DNA from: Bacteroidetes bacterium UBA3022
Lineage (GTDB): Bacteria; Bacteroidota; Bacteroidia; Chitinophagales; BACL12
DNA length: 64,000 nucleotides
Reading direction: 5' to 3'
Assembly: GCA_002346225.1 (NCBI GenBank)
Contig: DDYY01000079.1
Span: 90,588-154,587 of the forward strand
Below are positions 1 to 11,304 of this stretch, in pieces. How positions within the stretch are numbered: position 1 is the stretch's first letter; each line of letters begins with the position of its first letter. The notes under the pieces are model-generated. The model worked only from the letters and a program-made list of their open reading frames with translations, made no database searches and had not been told where the DNA came from. The translations under genes and the position numbers were made by a program.

Positions 1-108
1 CCAGGTCTTGGTAGGTTTGGCTTCTACCGGCCCGATGATGTCTTCGGTCATTTGAGCATAAGTCTTATGCCCTTGAATGAGTGGCTCCCTGATTGGTGAA
101 ACGAACAT
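1..108 (-). CDS. actC: Alternative complex III membrane subunit ActC (NrfD/PsrC-like), N-terminal fragment running off the window
   Basis: Not in the ORF track. A minus-strand ATG at 108-106 lies 8 nt after the actB stop. Hand translation MFVSPIREPLIQGHKTYAQMTEDIIGPVEAKPTKTW stays open to position 1. It resembles the N-termini I recall for Bacteroidetes ActC/NrfD-type proteins and fits the actA-actB-actC gene order. Confidence 0.6.
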   Translation of the reverse strand, partial: MFVSPIREPLIQGHKTYAQMTEDIIGPVEAKPTKTW

Positions 109-116
109 CTCTTTTC

Positions 117-3100
117 TTATTGATAGTTATACAGATCCATTATTTCTCTCAAACCTTCACCTTCTTCATGCACATGTTCTGCCTTATCCTTATTGCGGAC
201 TTTGGTCAGGTACAATACAGAAGGCAACCAGTGGTTCTCTTCGATGATGCCATAAGCCCGTTCGCTGGTATTCAGTTGATATACACTGGAAGAGGCATCG
301 AACATGTTACCGAATACAATAGCGTCGGCAGGACAAGCACTTTGACAAGCGGTGCGAATCTCGCCATCCTTTAATTGACGGGACTCTTTCTTGGCAGTGA
401 GCTTACCTTCCTGAATACGCTGCACACAGAAGGAGCATTTTTCAATTACCCCTCTGGAGCGGATGGTAACATCCGGATTCAGTACCATACGGGTAAGATC
501 TTCCATCATACCCATTTCCACTACTGCCTGCGGATCGTTCATGGTACCGAAGGTGTCATTGCCACCATAGTCGAACCAGTTGAAACGACGTACTTTATAA
601 GGGCAGTTGTTAGCACAATATCTGGTACCGATACAACGGTTATAAGCCATTTGATTATAGCCCTCGGAGCTGTGGTTGGTAGCACCCACCGGGCAAACAT
701 TCTCGCAAGGTGCATTTTCACAGTGCTGACACATCATCGGCTGGAATACCACCTCCGGATTTTCCGGATCGTTACCTGCATAATAGCGGTCAATGCGTAT
801 CCAGTGCATTTCGTGTGCACGTATTACTTCTTCTTTACCTACAACCGGCACGTTGTTTTCACTAACACATGCCACAGTACAGGCACCGCAACCGATACAG
901 GAATTGAGGTCGATGCTCATTCCCCAGTCAAAACCGTTCTTACCCGCCTGATAGTCGGGGTAGAAGGTATCGAGGTGCGCCAGTTTATCTGCACGGTCGG
1001 TATTACCTGCGAGTGGATTCTTTTTATACTCAGCTAATGTGGTCTCTTTAACAATACTCCGCTTAGCTAATCCGTCATAAAGGTTAAAATGCGTTTGGGT
1101 CTGGGCAAATGCGCTGTTTTTACCTAGCTTTTCTATTTGCACATCGGCTGCGTAGTAACTCACATTACTGCCGTTCATTGACAATAACGGGTAGGCATTA
1201 ACACCTACATCCTTACCTGCTTTACCCACTACGGTGCGGCCATATCCCAGTGCCACAGAGACAGAGCCTCTCGCCTGTCCCGGCTGGATGGCCACCGGAA
1301 GTTCTATGGAGTTACCGTTGGCAGTAACTTTTACCAGGTCACCATGCATTAACTTGTTTTCTTCAGCCCATTCAGGAGAAGCATTCAGGTAATTGTCCCA
1401 GGTGATTTTAGAAATAGGATCCGGCATTTCCTGCAACCAAGGGTTATTGGCATAGCGACCATCGCCCAAACCAATTTTATCGTAAGCCAGCAGCTCCACA
1501 CCTTTTGCCATTTTAGCGGCAGTGCTGATAACCTGCGCCGCAGCGGTATCGACAGCAAATACTGGAGGAGCAGCCATGTCCGTCATTGCAGTCATGGGCG
1601 GCTGGTACAAACCAGTTTGCAATGCCTTGTTGAAGGCACGCATCGGATTAGCTTCGGCAGCTAATGGACCACTTGTCCAGTTGGCCACCATGAAATCATA
1701 ATAATTGGTACCTGTTCCGGCCCATGTAAGCAGGGAGTCCTGCATCTGACGCGTATTGAACAGGTTCCGGATGGCCGGTTGTGCCAGGGAATAACATCCT
1801 TTCACCGGCTCTGCATCGTTCCACGATTCGAGGTAGTGGTGATCGGGACAAATATATTGGCAGAGCTGACTGGTTTCATCCATATTTCCGGCAAATGAGA
1901 TGCTAACAGGAGCTTTCTTCAGTGCCTCAGCTACTTGTGATGCCATGGTTGAGTCATAAGCCGGATTACAGCCATTGATCATTACCACATCGGCATTACC
2001 ATTATTGATATCTGCAATAAAATCTTTAAGGTTGCTATCTATACCGCTGTGCATCATGCTTGGCATGGTAGTATCGATGGTAGCACCATAATTTCCCAAA
2101 GCCAGGTTGATGGCATTCACCATCAGCTGTACATTAACATCGTTGATGCCGCATACAACCAGCGACTGACCCTGATGTTCCATCAGTGATTTTGCTGCAT
2201 CCTTGATTTTCGCAGCCTTCTTCTCATCGGCAATTTTTTTACCGGCAGAAGCATTCGAGCCAGTGATGGCATCATACAAGTTAACGAGAGCAATATACAC
2301 ATCGGAAGGCTTCAGCGGCACCCGGTAATCTGCATTGGAACCGGCAAGGCTCATTCTGCTTTCAAACTGATAGTGCCTGGACATATCAGGGTTGCTCTTG
2401 CTCACTTTACGCTGCGCTACATAACCTTTGGTATGTTCGATAGGGCTAACCCAGCCACCCAGGAAGTCGCACTCAAAGCCCACTACCACTTTTGCTTTCT
2501 CAAAATGATAGTGAGGAATCATACTCTGGCCGAGGCTTTGCATATTGGCTTCCAGCATACCGGAGAGCGAAAGAGCATCGTAGGTGTAAACTTTGGTATT
2601 GGGGTAGGCAGCGGTAAAGCTGTCCATTACTTTTTTTGTGGATGGGCTGATAATGGAGGAAGTCAAAATTCGAACAGCAGCATTTTCTTTTTCCTTCAAT
2701 TTACCCACAATGGCAGCATCTACAACGGCCCACTCTGCAGCTTCGAATGCACCTTTTGCGCTCCTGGTCATAGGTCCGGTAAGACGGGAAGTATCATACA
2801 GGCTGAGGACACTGGCCTGCACTTTAGCAGACGTACCTCCTTTTGTAATCATGGAATCTCTGTTCCCTTCAATCTTGATAGGTCTGCCTTCTCTGGTCTT
2901 CACCAGAATAGAGCAGTAATCACTACCATTAATATAGGAGGAAGCGTACCAGGTAGCAATACCGGGAATAACCTCTTCCGGTTTGAAGATATAGGGAGCC
3001 ACTCTGTTAACGGGCATTTCGCAACCGGCAATAGCAGCTGCAGTAACGCTAAAACCCAATACTTTGAGAAAATCCCTCCGGGTTGCTTGATTGGTGCTAT

Positions 3101-3218
3101 CACCATCACCCAGCATTTCAACAGGTAATGTTTCTCCGAACTCCTGCTGGCTGAGCTCAATGAATTCAGGCGTAGGGTGTAACTCCTCCAATCCTTTCCA
3201 ATACTTTTTTTCTGCCAT
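117..3218 (-). CDS. actB: Alternative complex III subunit ActB (TAT-exported molybdopterin-oxidoreductase-like domain fused to a 4Fe-4S ferredoxin domain)
   Basis: 1033 aa. Twin-arginine signal TRRDFLKVLGFSVTAAAIAGC. Long MopB-like region followed by Cys clusters CIGCGACTVAC, CQHCENAPCENVC, CIGTRYCANNC and CSFCVQR. Sits directly downstream of the multihaem actA. Confidence 0.9.
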   Translation of the reverse strand: MAEKKYWKGLEELHPTPEFIELSQQEFGETLPVEMLGDGDSTNQATRRDFLKVLGFSVTAAAIAGCEMPVNRVAPYIFKPEEVIPGIATWYASSYINGSDYCSILVKTREGRPIKIEGNRDSMITKGGTSAKVQASVLSLYDTSRLTGPMTRSAKGAFEAAEWAVVDAAIVGKLKEKENAAVRILTSSIISPSTKKVMDSFTAAYPNTKVYTYDALSLSGMLEANMQSLGQSMIPHYHFEKAKVVVGFECDFLGGWVSPIEHTKGYVAQRKVSKSNPDMSRHYQFESRMSLAGSNADYRVPLKPSDVYIALVNLYDAITGSNASAGKKIADEKKAAKIKDAAKSLMEHQGQSLVVCGINDVNVQLMVNAINLALGNYGATIDTTMPSMMHSGIDSNLKDFIADINNGNADVVMINGCNPAYDSTMASQVAEALKKAPVSISFAGNMDETSQLCQYICPDHHYLESWNDAEPVKGCYSLAQPAIRNLFNTRQMQDSLLTWAGTGTNYYDFMVANWTSGPLAAEANPMRAFNKALQTGLYQPPMTAMTDMAAPPVFAVDTAAAQVISTAAKMAKGVELLAYDKIGLGDGRYANNPWLQEMPDPISKITWDNYLNASPEWAEENKLMHGDLVKVTANGNSIELPVAIQPGQARGSVSVALGYGRTVVGKAGKDVGVNAYPLLSMNGSNVSYYAADVQIEKLGKNSAFAQTQTHFNLYDGLAKRSIVKETTLAEYKKNPLAGNTDRADKLAHLDTFYPDYQAGKNGFDWGMSIDLNSCIGCGACTVACVSENNVPVVGKEEVIRAHEMHWIRIDRYYAGNDPENPEVVFQPMMCQHCENAPCENVCPVGATNHSSEGYNQMAYNRCIGTRYCANNCPYKVRRFNWFDYGGNDTFGTMNDPQAVVEMGMMEDLTRMVLNPDVTIRSRGVIEKCSFCVQRIQEGKLTAKKESRQLKDGEIRTACQSACPADAIVFGNMFDASSSVYQLNTSERAYGIIEENHWLPSVLYLTKVRNKDKAEHVHEEGEGLREIMDLYNYQ

Positions 3219-3259
3219 CTGGTCTTCTAGTCTTTAGTATATAATAGGGAATATTAAGC

Positions 3260-4528
3260 TTAATAATGACACCGCTGACATTCAGTTGCGCCAATATCGG
3301 ATGCATGTACCAGGTCAATCTCTCCGCTGTCCATCTTGTCTTTCAACTCCCGATAGTCGGTATAGAAACCATTGGTGAAATTGACTTCGGTCTGACGGTG
3401 GCAATTCACGCACCATCCCATTGAAAGATTCTCTACCTGTTCTACCACTTTCATTTCTTCCACCTTTCCATGGCAAGTCTGACATTCCAGGCCGGCCACT
3501 TTTACGTGTTGACTATGGTTGAAGTATACGTGATCGGGAAGGTTGTGCACCTTCACCCATTTAATAGCTTCAGGATCTTCTGTATAGGCCTGATCGTCGG
3601 TATTGAAACCGGCAAATTTGTAAATCTTTTGAATTTCAGCGGTGTATTCAGCTGGCGGATAATCTTCATTACCCGGAGACATCTGCTGAATGTTGTAGTG
3701 GCAATTCATACACACGTTGATGGAAGGAATAACAGCAGATTTTCCTTTTTCTACTCCGGTGTGGCAATAGCGACACTCAATCTGGTTAATACCTGCGTGA
3801 ATTTCATGGCTGAACTTGATAGGCTGCTCTGGGGCATAACCTTCCTGACGACCTAATGCAGCTGCGCTATCGTACATAGAGTAGCAAAGCCAGCAAAATA
3901 CCACCAGACCAACGATCCCGAATACTGGCTTCAACTTGGGGTTTTTCCAGAAAGGACCTGCTTGAGGTTCGTCTTCATCATACTTCTCTCTGGAAAGTTT
4001 GTTGAGATAATTTAATGTACGGCCTAAAACGACGGATATCAGCAGGAGCACTGCTACCAGTATTGCGTACAATACAGTATTATCTTTTTTCTCTGCCGCA
4101 ACCATAACCGGCCCTCCGGCTCCACCACCTGCTGCCGCCTCCCTGATTTTCTCTGTCTCAGCATCGATGTACATCAGGATACTGGCTATGTTGGCATCAG
4201 TAAGATTGGGGAATGCCTGCATCGGGCTCTTGCTGTACTCCAGGTACAGGTTGTTGGCGTATTCATCTCCTGTGGCCAAAAATGCCTGGGAATTTCTTAT
4301 CCAGGCATAGAGATTTGTCGAATCGGGCCATCTTTCCCGAACACCCATTAAGGCGGGTCCGGTCATTTTCCGATTGATCATGTGGCACTTGGCACAGTTG
4401 GCCTGATACAGTTCCTTGCCCTCTTCAACGGTAGCCATCAGCTGACCGGGTGCGACAGTTAACAATGTCAACACGGAGAACATGCATACTTGTAACAGAC
4501 TGGACGGGAATAAGACTCGTTTCAGCAC
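3260..4528 (-). CDS. actA: Alternative complex III cytochrome c subunit ActA: N-terminal monohaem cytochrome c domain, TM segment, pentahaem c3-type domain
   Basis: 422 aa with six CxxCH motifs (CAKCH, CRYCH, CMNCH, CQTCH, CVNCH, CQRCH). Signal peptide present. Internal hydrophobic stretches LYAILVAVLLLISVVLG and FGIVGLVVFCWLCY. 41 nt upstream of actB. Confidence 0.85.
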   Translation of the reverse strand: MLKRVLFPSSLLQVCMFSVLTLLTVAPGQLMATVEEGKELYQANCAKCHMINRKMTGPALMGVRERWPDSTNLYAWIRNSQAFLATGDEYANNLYLEYSKSPMQAFPNLTDANIASILMYIDAETEKIREAAAGGGAGGPVMVAAEKKDNTVLYAILVAVLLLISVVLGRTLNYLNKLSREKYDEDEPQAGPFWKNPKLKPVFGIVGLVVFCWLCYSMYDSAAALGRQEGYAPEQPIKFSHEIHAGINQIECRYCHTGVEKGKSAVIPSINVCMNCHYNIQQMSPGNEDYPPAEYTAEIQKIYKFAGFNTDDQAYTEDPEAIKWVKVHNLPDHVYFNHSQHVKVAGLECQTCHGKVEEMKVVEQVENLSMGWCVNCHRQTEVNFTNGFYTDYRELKDKMDSGEIDLVHASDIGATECQRCHY

Positions 4529-4574
4529 AACCAGCGTATTTATAATTATGGTAAGGTATTGATAAAAATCGTTG

Positions 4575-4582
4575 CAAATCTA
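4575..4582 (-). promoter_or_regulatory. Candidate Bacteroidetes-type -7 box (TAGATTTG on the minus strand) for the act operon
   Basis: The plus strand reads CAAATCTA, which is TAGATTTG on the minus strand and matches TAnnTTTG. It lies about 47 nt upstream of the actA ATG (4528). No well-spaced -33 TTG was found. Confidence 0.35.
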
Positions 4583-4801
4583 CATCAGCTATTTTAGAAT
4601 ATTTAACAAAACTTCTAATAATTGTGGGAATGGAAATAGGATATCAACATGCACGTAAGTATCAATGAATTCGGACGCTTTCACCGTTTTTATTTAGACA
4701 AATTCTAAACAAGTGGTATACTTGAGCTGAAATAAAACGAGCAGGGCTTGAATAAAAGAATGTGGCATAATATTGGGCTTTGAAGTTTTAAATCTTTTAT
4801 C

Positions 4802-5971
4802 ATGAAAAGAAAGCTACTCTTCGTTTTTTCCATCTTCCTGCTGGCGGGAAGTTGTAAGATGGCGGAAAAGCAAATGCGTCAGGGCGACTATGCCAGTGCC
4901 ATTGATATAAGTGTACGCAAACTGCAGCGCAATACTGATAAAGATGCCTATATACTGGTACTGGAGCAGGCGTTTGCCCGCGCCAACGCAAACGATTTGG
5001 CCTATATTGATGCTTTGAAAAAAGAGGGTCAACCCGACAGGTGGGAATTGATCTACGATGTCTACCAGCAAATTGGTCGCCGGCAAAATGCCATTGCACC
5101 ATTGTTACCCCTGTACATTGACAGCGAAGCAAGAAATGCCCAGCTCGATTTTGTCGATGTAGTAAGCGCGTTAATTGAATCCAAGAAAAATGCCGCTGCT
5201 TTCCTGTATGCATCTGCAGAGCAAAAACTTGCAACCGGCAATATATATGATGCACGGGAGGCTTACTATGATTTGCAGAAAATCAAGAATTTGTACAGCA
5301 CTTATAAAGATACCGACCGCTTACTGGAAGAAGCCAGGGCTGCAGGTCAAGTTCTGATCGGCTTTTACACAAAAAACGCTTCCGATAAAACACTTAGTAC
5401 CCGACTGAATGACAGGATGTACCAGATAGAGCCGGTTGCTACCAGAGGCATGTGGTACCAGATTATCGACAACCCGGATAAAGCCGACAGGTTTATCGAA
5501 TTAAGGGTTACGCAACTGGAAGCTTTCCCGGAACTGGTCAATACCAATAACTATGTGGAGACTGCCGAAGTGAAGGATGGATGGACCTATTTATACGATG
5601 ATAATGGTCATGTGGTAAAAGACAGCCTTGGCAATCCCATCAAGGTTACCAAATACGAGATGGTCAATGCCTATATCAGTGAAACCTGGCAGGAAAAAAT
5701 TGCCAGTATCTCAGGCGAGGTACGTTATCTCGACAGTCGCGGCAACGTTCTTCGAAGCATACCGGTAAAGGCTGACGGGATATTTCAAAATTACTTTGCC
5801 GTTGCAACCGGCTACAATGCAGCCATATCACCGGAAACGCGCCAAAAACTGGGTGGAGGTCCTTTACCTTTCCCCTCTGATGAAGAATTGCTGGAGCAGG
5901 CGCTGACCATTCTCGAACAGCAGGTTCAGGCTGTTATGCGGGACTGGAACGATTCATTATTGAATCAATAA
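4802..5971 (+). CDS. Hypothetical lipoprotein
   Basis: 389 aa. Signal peptide with lipobox (FLLAGSC). No motif I recognise. Long clean ORF with typical composition. Confidence 0.65.
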   Translation: MKRKLLFVFSIFLLAGSCKMAEKQMRQGDYASAIDISVRKLQRNTDKDAYILVLEQAFARANANDLAYIDALKKEGQPDRWELIYDVYQQIGRRQNAIAPLLPLYIDSEARNAQLDFVDVVSALIESKKNAAAFLYASAEQKLATGNIYDAREAYYDLQKIKNLYSTYKDTDRLLEEARAAGQVLIGFYTKNASDKTLSTRLNDRMYQIEPVATRGMWYQIIDNPDKADRFIELRVTQLEAFPELVNTNNYVETAEVKDGWTYLYDDNGHVVKDSLGNPIKVTKYEMVNAYISETWQEKIASISGEVRYLDSRGNVLRSIPVKADGIFQNYFAVATGYNAAISPETRQKLGGGPLPFPSDEELLEQALTILEQQVQAVMRDWNDSLLNQ

Positions 5972-6087
5972 TATTGCTAGAATGTGATTTTTCTTTCGGA
6001 GTGATTCTATTAGGCATAGGGTAGATTATACGGACATTTGTTACACAATCTGCTGAAAAGCCAGTACTTTAGAATATTTCGACAGCT

Positions 6088-8187
6088 ATGTTGTTCCCTC
6101 GACAAAAAACACATCTTAGGTATTGGAGCCTTTTAATTGCGCTTTACTTCAGCTATACTCCTGTTTATGCAACGGAGACCGGTGAAGAGGGAGACAATGT
6201 CAAAAAAACCAATAATGTAACAGGCATACATCCTGAAAATGCTGCTCAGCATATAACAATCATGATTGATTCAGCCTGGCAGCTAGAAAACGAAGGAATG
6301 GTGGAGGCGGCTATATCTGCAACAAGAGATGCCATTCGTTTATCCCGTGACTTCCATCTGAATGCACTTGAGCAATCTGCCCTTCAACAACTTGGTGACA
6401 TCTTCTATTTTGACGAAAAGATGGATAGTGCCAGAATCTATTACCATCAGGGACTTGCCATTGCCAAAATGGAGGAGGACAGTTTCGGCATAACTGATCT
6501 TCTTGGCGATATCGCATGGAGCTTTTACCCGGATAATCAACTGGATTCTATTAATCTGTATTGTCTGGAGATGATTAAAATTGGTCAGGCCAATAAGAAC
6601 TTCACCCACTTGTTCGAAGCCAGTCGACTATTAGGTGATTTATACTATTTCGTAGAAGAATACAACACCACCCTGCAGTACGGATTTGCAGCCTTGAAAC
6701 TTCTACCTTCCCCCATTTCCCAATTGGATGATATTGCCCAACTGGAACTAGCCGGATTATATGCAACCATTTCCGGTGCCTACACCGAATTACAGTCACT
6801 GGATTCAGCATTGTATTATGTTGACTTATCAGACGCAATTGTCAGGAGCCTTGACGATAGCTTGCATTTAATGTGGAACCCCTATGGCAGGGGCTATATT
6901 GATTTATACAGGGGCAATATGCGGTTGGGTATCGCTAAATGTATGGAAGCCTACCGTTACTTTGATGCATTGGGAGAAGAAAATACAACCGGGGGCTGCC
7001 TGGAATGTGCTGCAAGGGGATACCTCAAGCTGGGACAATTAGATTCTGCCGAATACTATTTTAAGGAGGCGATGCTGCACTCCAGCGACAACAGCGCACA
7101 TGATTTTTTAGCAGATATTTACGAATCGCTTGCGCAGATTTATGAGCAGCAAGGTGACTTTGCCCAAAGCCTGCACTTTCACAAGTTATTCAAAGAACAG
7201 ACTGATTCACTTTATCAAGTTGCCAAGCGCAACAATATAGCCCTGCTTCAATCCACATTTCGTTTCAAGGAACTGAAAGCAGAACAAGAAAAGCTCCTTT
7301 TGCTGGCCAAATCCGATGAAGCCATCATCAAAGGTCAGCGCACGGCCAACATCTTAATATCTATTGCGCTGGTACTTACCGGACTGCTCGCCGGCTTTAT
7401 GGGCTATTATTATCGGACCAACAAAAGCAGAAACACCCTACTTAGCGAAGAAGTAGACAGAAGAACAAAAGAACTGTCTGATATGAATACCTCTCTCATG
7501 CAGGCCAATGCTGAGCTGGAGGAATTCGCTCATATTTCGTCGCATGATCTCCGGGAGCCCATTCGAAATATCACCAGCTTCAGTTCATTGATCAAAAGAA
7601 AAGCATCTGATATTTCCGGGGACGACCTCAATGAATTTGTCTCTATCATTCAGTTCAATGCCAGACAAATGCAGCAATTGGTAAACGATATATATGACTT
7701 TACCAGAATTAATAAAGATGAAATCAGCCTCACAAAAGTTGTTCTAACAGAGGTTATAGATGATATTATCAAAATATTGAATGGAAGCATCACTGACAGA
7801 AATGCTATAATTGACACCAGTCTTTGTCAGAATGCCATTATCACCAACCGAGGAATGCTCTTCCTGGTGTTGCGCAATCTGGTTGAAAACGGGGTCAAAT
7901 ACAATACATCCGAGCAACCTCGTATTCAAATTACGCTGGAAGAAACAGCCAATGCCTATTTATGGAAAGTTAAAGACAATGGTATTGGAATACCAACGGC
8001 TTATCATCAGCGGGTATTTGAGTTATTCAAGCGGCTGCACAACCGTGAAGAGTTTCAGGGCAGCGGATTGGGACTATCCATTTCGAGAAAGATTGTTCAA
8101 CGATTGCAGGGCGAAATAGGCGTCGATTCGATTGAGGGGGAAGGGTCTACCTTCTGGTTTACGCTACCCAAACTGCATGTAAACTAA
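6088..8187 (+). CDS. TPR-repeat sensor histidine kinase (orphan)
   Basis: 699 aa. Signal/TM segment, then a TPR-like helical region, a TM segment (ILISIALVLTGLLAGFMGYYY) and a coiled coil. H-box HISSHDLREPIRNI, N-box LVENGVKYN, G-boxes DNGIGI and GSGLGLS. No response regulator adjacent. Confidence 0.9.
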   Translation: MLFPRQKTHLRYWSLLIALYFSYTPVYATETGEEGDNVKKTNNVTGIHPENAAQHITIMIDSAWQLENEGMVEAAISATRDAIRLSRDFHLNALEQSALQQLGDIFYFDEKMDSARIYYHQGLAIAKMEEDSFGITDLLGDIAWSFYPDNQLDSINLYCLEMIKIGQANKNFTHLFEASRLLGDLYYFVEEYNTTLQYGFAALKLLPSPISQLDDIAQLELAGLYATISGAYTELQSLDSALYYVDLSDAIVRSLDDSLHLMWNPYGRGYIDLYRGNMRLGIAKCMEAYRYFDALGEENTTGGCLECAARGYLKLGQLDSAEYYFKEAMLHSSDNSAHDFLADIYESLAQIYEQQGDFAQSLHFHKLFKEQTDSLYQVAKRNNIALLQSTFRFKELKAEQEKLLLLAKSDEAIIKGQRTANILISIALVLTGLLAGFMGYYYRTNKSRNTLLSEEVDRRTKELSDMNTSLMQANAELEEFAHISSHDLREPIRNITSFSSLIKRKASDISGDDLNEFVSIIQFNARQMQQLVNDIYDFTRINKDEISLTKVVLTEVIDDIIKILNGSITDRNAIIDTSLCQNAIITNRGMLFLVLRNLVENGVKYNTSEQPRIQITLEETANAYLWKVKDNGIGIPTAYHQRVFELFKRLHNREEFQGSGLGLSISRKIVQRLQGEIGVDSIEGEGSTFWFTLPKLHVN

Positions 8188-8219
8188 AATTCCGGTAACC
8201 ATTGCTGATTACCGGAATT
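8188..8219. terminator. Hairpin at the convergent junction of the histidine kinase gene and atpC (likely bidirectional terminator)
   Basis: Perfect 11-bp stem: AATTCCGGTAA (8188-8198) pairs with TTACCGGAATT (8209-8219), with a 10-nt loop. It starts immediately after the kinase stop codon. Flanks are A/T-rich but there is no long U-tract. Confidence 0.55.
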
Positions 8220-8240
8220 TCGAATGAATTATAAACGCTG

Positions 8241-8492
8241 TTATCCGATGGGTTCTGCCCCTTCGACTAAGACACTCAACTGATTGTTGAGTACTTCCAC
8301 GAATCCGCCTTTGATACTAAAATCTTTGACAGCACCGGCAGTCTTAACGCGAATGACACCTTTTCCCAAAGAGGCAATCATAGGAGCATGGTTGTTCAGA
8401 ACCTGAAAGGAGCCTGTAGTTCCGGGGAACTGCACAGCACTCGCTTCTCCGCTGAATACCTTCTTTTCCGGTGACAAAATATCCACTTGCAT
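8241..8492 (-). CDS. atpC: F0F1 ATP synthase subunit epsilon (short form)
   Basis: 83 aa, immediately downstream of atpD. The N-terminal beta-sandwich-like sequence MQVDILSPEKKVFSGEASAVQFPGTTGSFQVLNNHAPMIA is typical of epsilon. Confidence 0.85.
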   Translation of the reverse strand: MQVDILSPEKKVFSGEASAVQFPGTTGSFQVLNNHAPMIASLGKGVIRVKTAGAVKDFSIKGGFVEVLNNQLSVLVEGAEPIG

Positions 8493-8514
8493 AATATCCT
8501 TATTAGGTGGTTAC

Positions 8515-10152
<1,638 letters not shown>

Positions 10153-10198
10153 TTAGTGGAATAATTACTTTTGAATGCTTACCTTTTAACAAAACAAT

Positions 10199-10507
10199 AT
10201 GCAAGAACTCACGCGTCAAATCATGGAAAAAACTGGCATAAGTGAAGAACAGGCCCGAATATCGATTGAAACCACCGCGGCCTATCTGAAGCAGAAAATG
10301 CCTGAGAGCTTTGGCGGGCAGATAGATCACATGCTTGCCGGCGGCACTTTAAGCGAGGGAATGAAAAAATCCTTGCATACTGCAGCAATGGATGCCCGCG
10401 ACAGGATGGAGGACCTGATGAGTGATCTGGGACAAAAAACCAATGAGGCGATGGATAAGGTGCGCGATTCCCTGGAGGACCTCTTCCACCGAAAAAAGAA
10501 AGACTGA
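10199..10507 (+). CDS. Small helical charged hypothetical protein, translationally coupled to the SRAP gene
   Basis: 102 aa with no signal peptide. Its TGA stop overlaps the next gene's ATG (TGATG at 10505-10509). A TACTTTTG box at 10166-10173 lies upstream. Confidence 0.6.
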   Translation: MQELTRQIMEKTGISEEQARISIETTAAYLKQKMPESFGGQIDHMLAGGTLSEGMKKSLHTAAMDARDRMEDLMSDLGQKTNEAMDKVRDSLEDLFHRKKKD

Positions 10508-11244
10508 TGTGTTACGACATCCAACAAATGGGGGACAAAATCCGGCGGCAGGCAGAAAGGCAGCTGGGAGTTGAAAAGGTAGATTTTGGTCAGATGGAGT
10601 TTCAGTTCTTCCATGTAAGTGGTTTCAGCCACCCTTCTGTTCTCGCTGTCACATCCGACCAGCCACGGCTGCTACATCCCTTGCGATGGGGGCTGATTCC
10701 TTCCTGGGTGCGCACGCCGGAGGAGGCCTCCCGCATCAGCCGGCAAACCCTGAATGCCCGCAATGATGGTGTATTCAGCAAACCATCATTCAGGAGTGCC
10801 ATTCGGCAGCGGCGGTGCCTGATTCCGGTAAATGGTTTTTTTGAAAGCCGCGAAATCAATGGCAAGAAATTCCCCTATTTTATTCATCCACCCGATGACA
10901 ATGTGTTCTGGCTGGGGGGAATCTGGGAGAATTATGTCGATCCATCTACAGGTGAGGTTCTCCAAACCTGCAGTATCATAACTACTGAAGCCAACGATTT
11001 CATGGCACACATTCACAATGTGAAGTTGCGGATGCCGCTGGTTCTACCCGAAGCTGCTCTTGCTTTATGGCTGGACACCAGCCTACCGGCAGAAGATATA
11101 CAATCGCTCATGACACCCTACAGCGGAGAAATGCAAGCGCATACCGTGAGCCGCCTGGTCCATCGCAAGCGAGATAACACCAATATCCCTGAGGTGGCTC
11201 AAGCCTTCCGCTATCCGGAGCTGGAGTATATCGATGGGCAGTAA
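10507..11244 (+). CDS. SOS response-associated peptidase (SRAP / YedK / HMCES family), abasic-site DNA-protein crosslinking enzyme
   Basis: 245 aa starting MCYD (catalytic Cys2). Family-like motifs WGLIPSW, NARND, PVNGFFE, and HIHNVKLRMPLVL in place of the His motif. Confidence 0.85.
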   Translation: MCYDIQQMGDKIRRQAERQLGVEKVDFGQMEFQFFHVSGFSHPSVLAVTSDQPRLLHPLRWGLIPSWVRTPEEASRISRQTLNARNDGVFSKPSFRSAIRQRRCLIPVNGFFESREINGKKFPYFIHPPDDNVFWLGGIWENYVDPSTGEVLQTCSIITTEANDFMAHIHNVKLRMPLVLPEAALALWLDTSLPAEDIQSLMTPYSGEMQAHTVSRLVHRKRDNTNIPEVAQAFRYPELEYIDGQ

Positions 11245-11304
11245 GCTATTCATAGAACACTTGTCTTCCAAAATGAATCGCCCTTCTCTACCTTCGCTGC
11301 TGTG

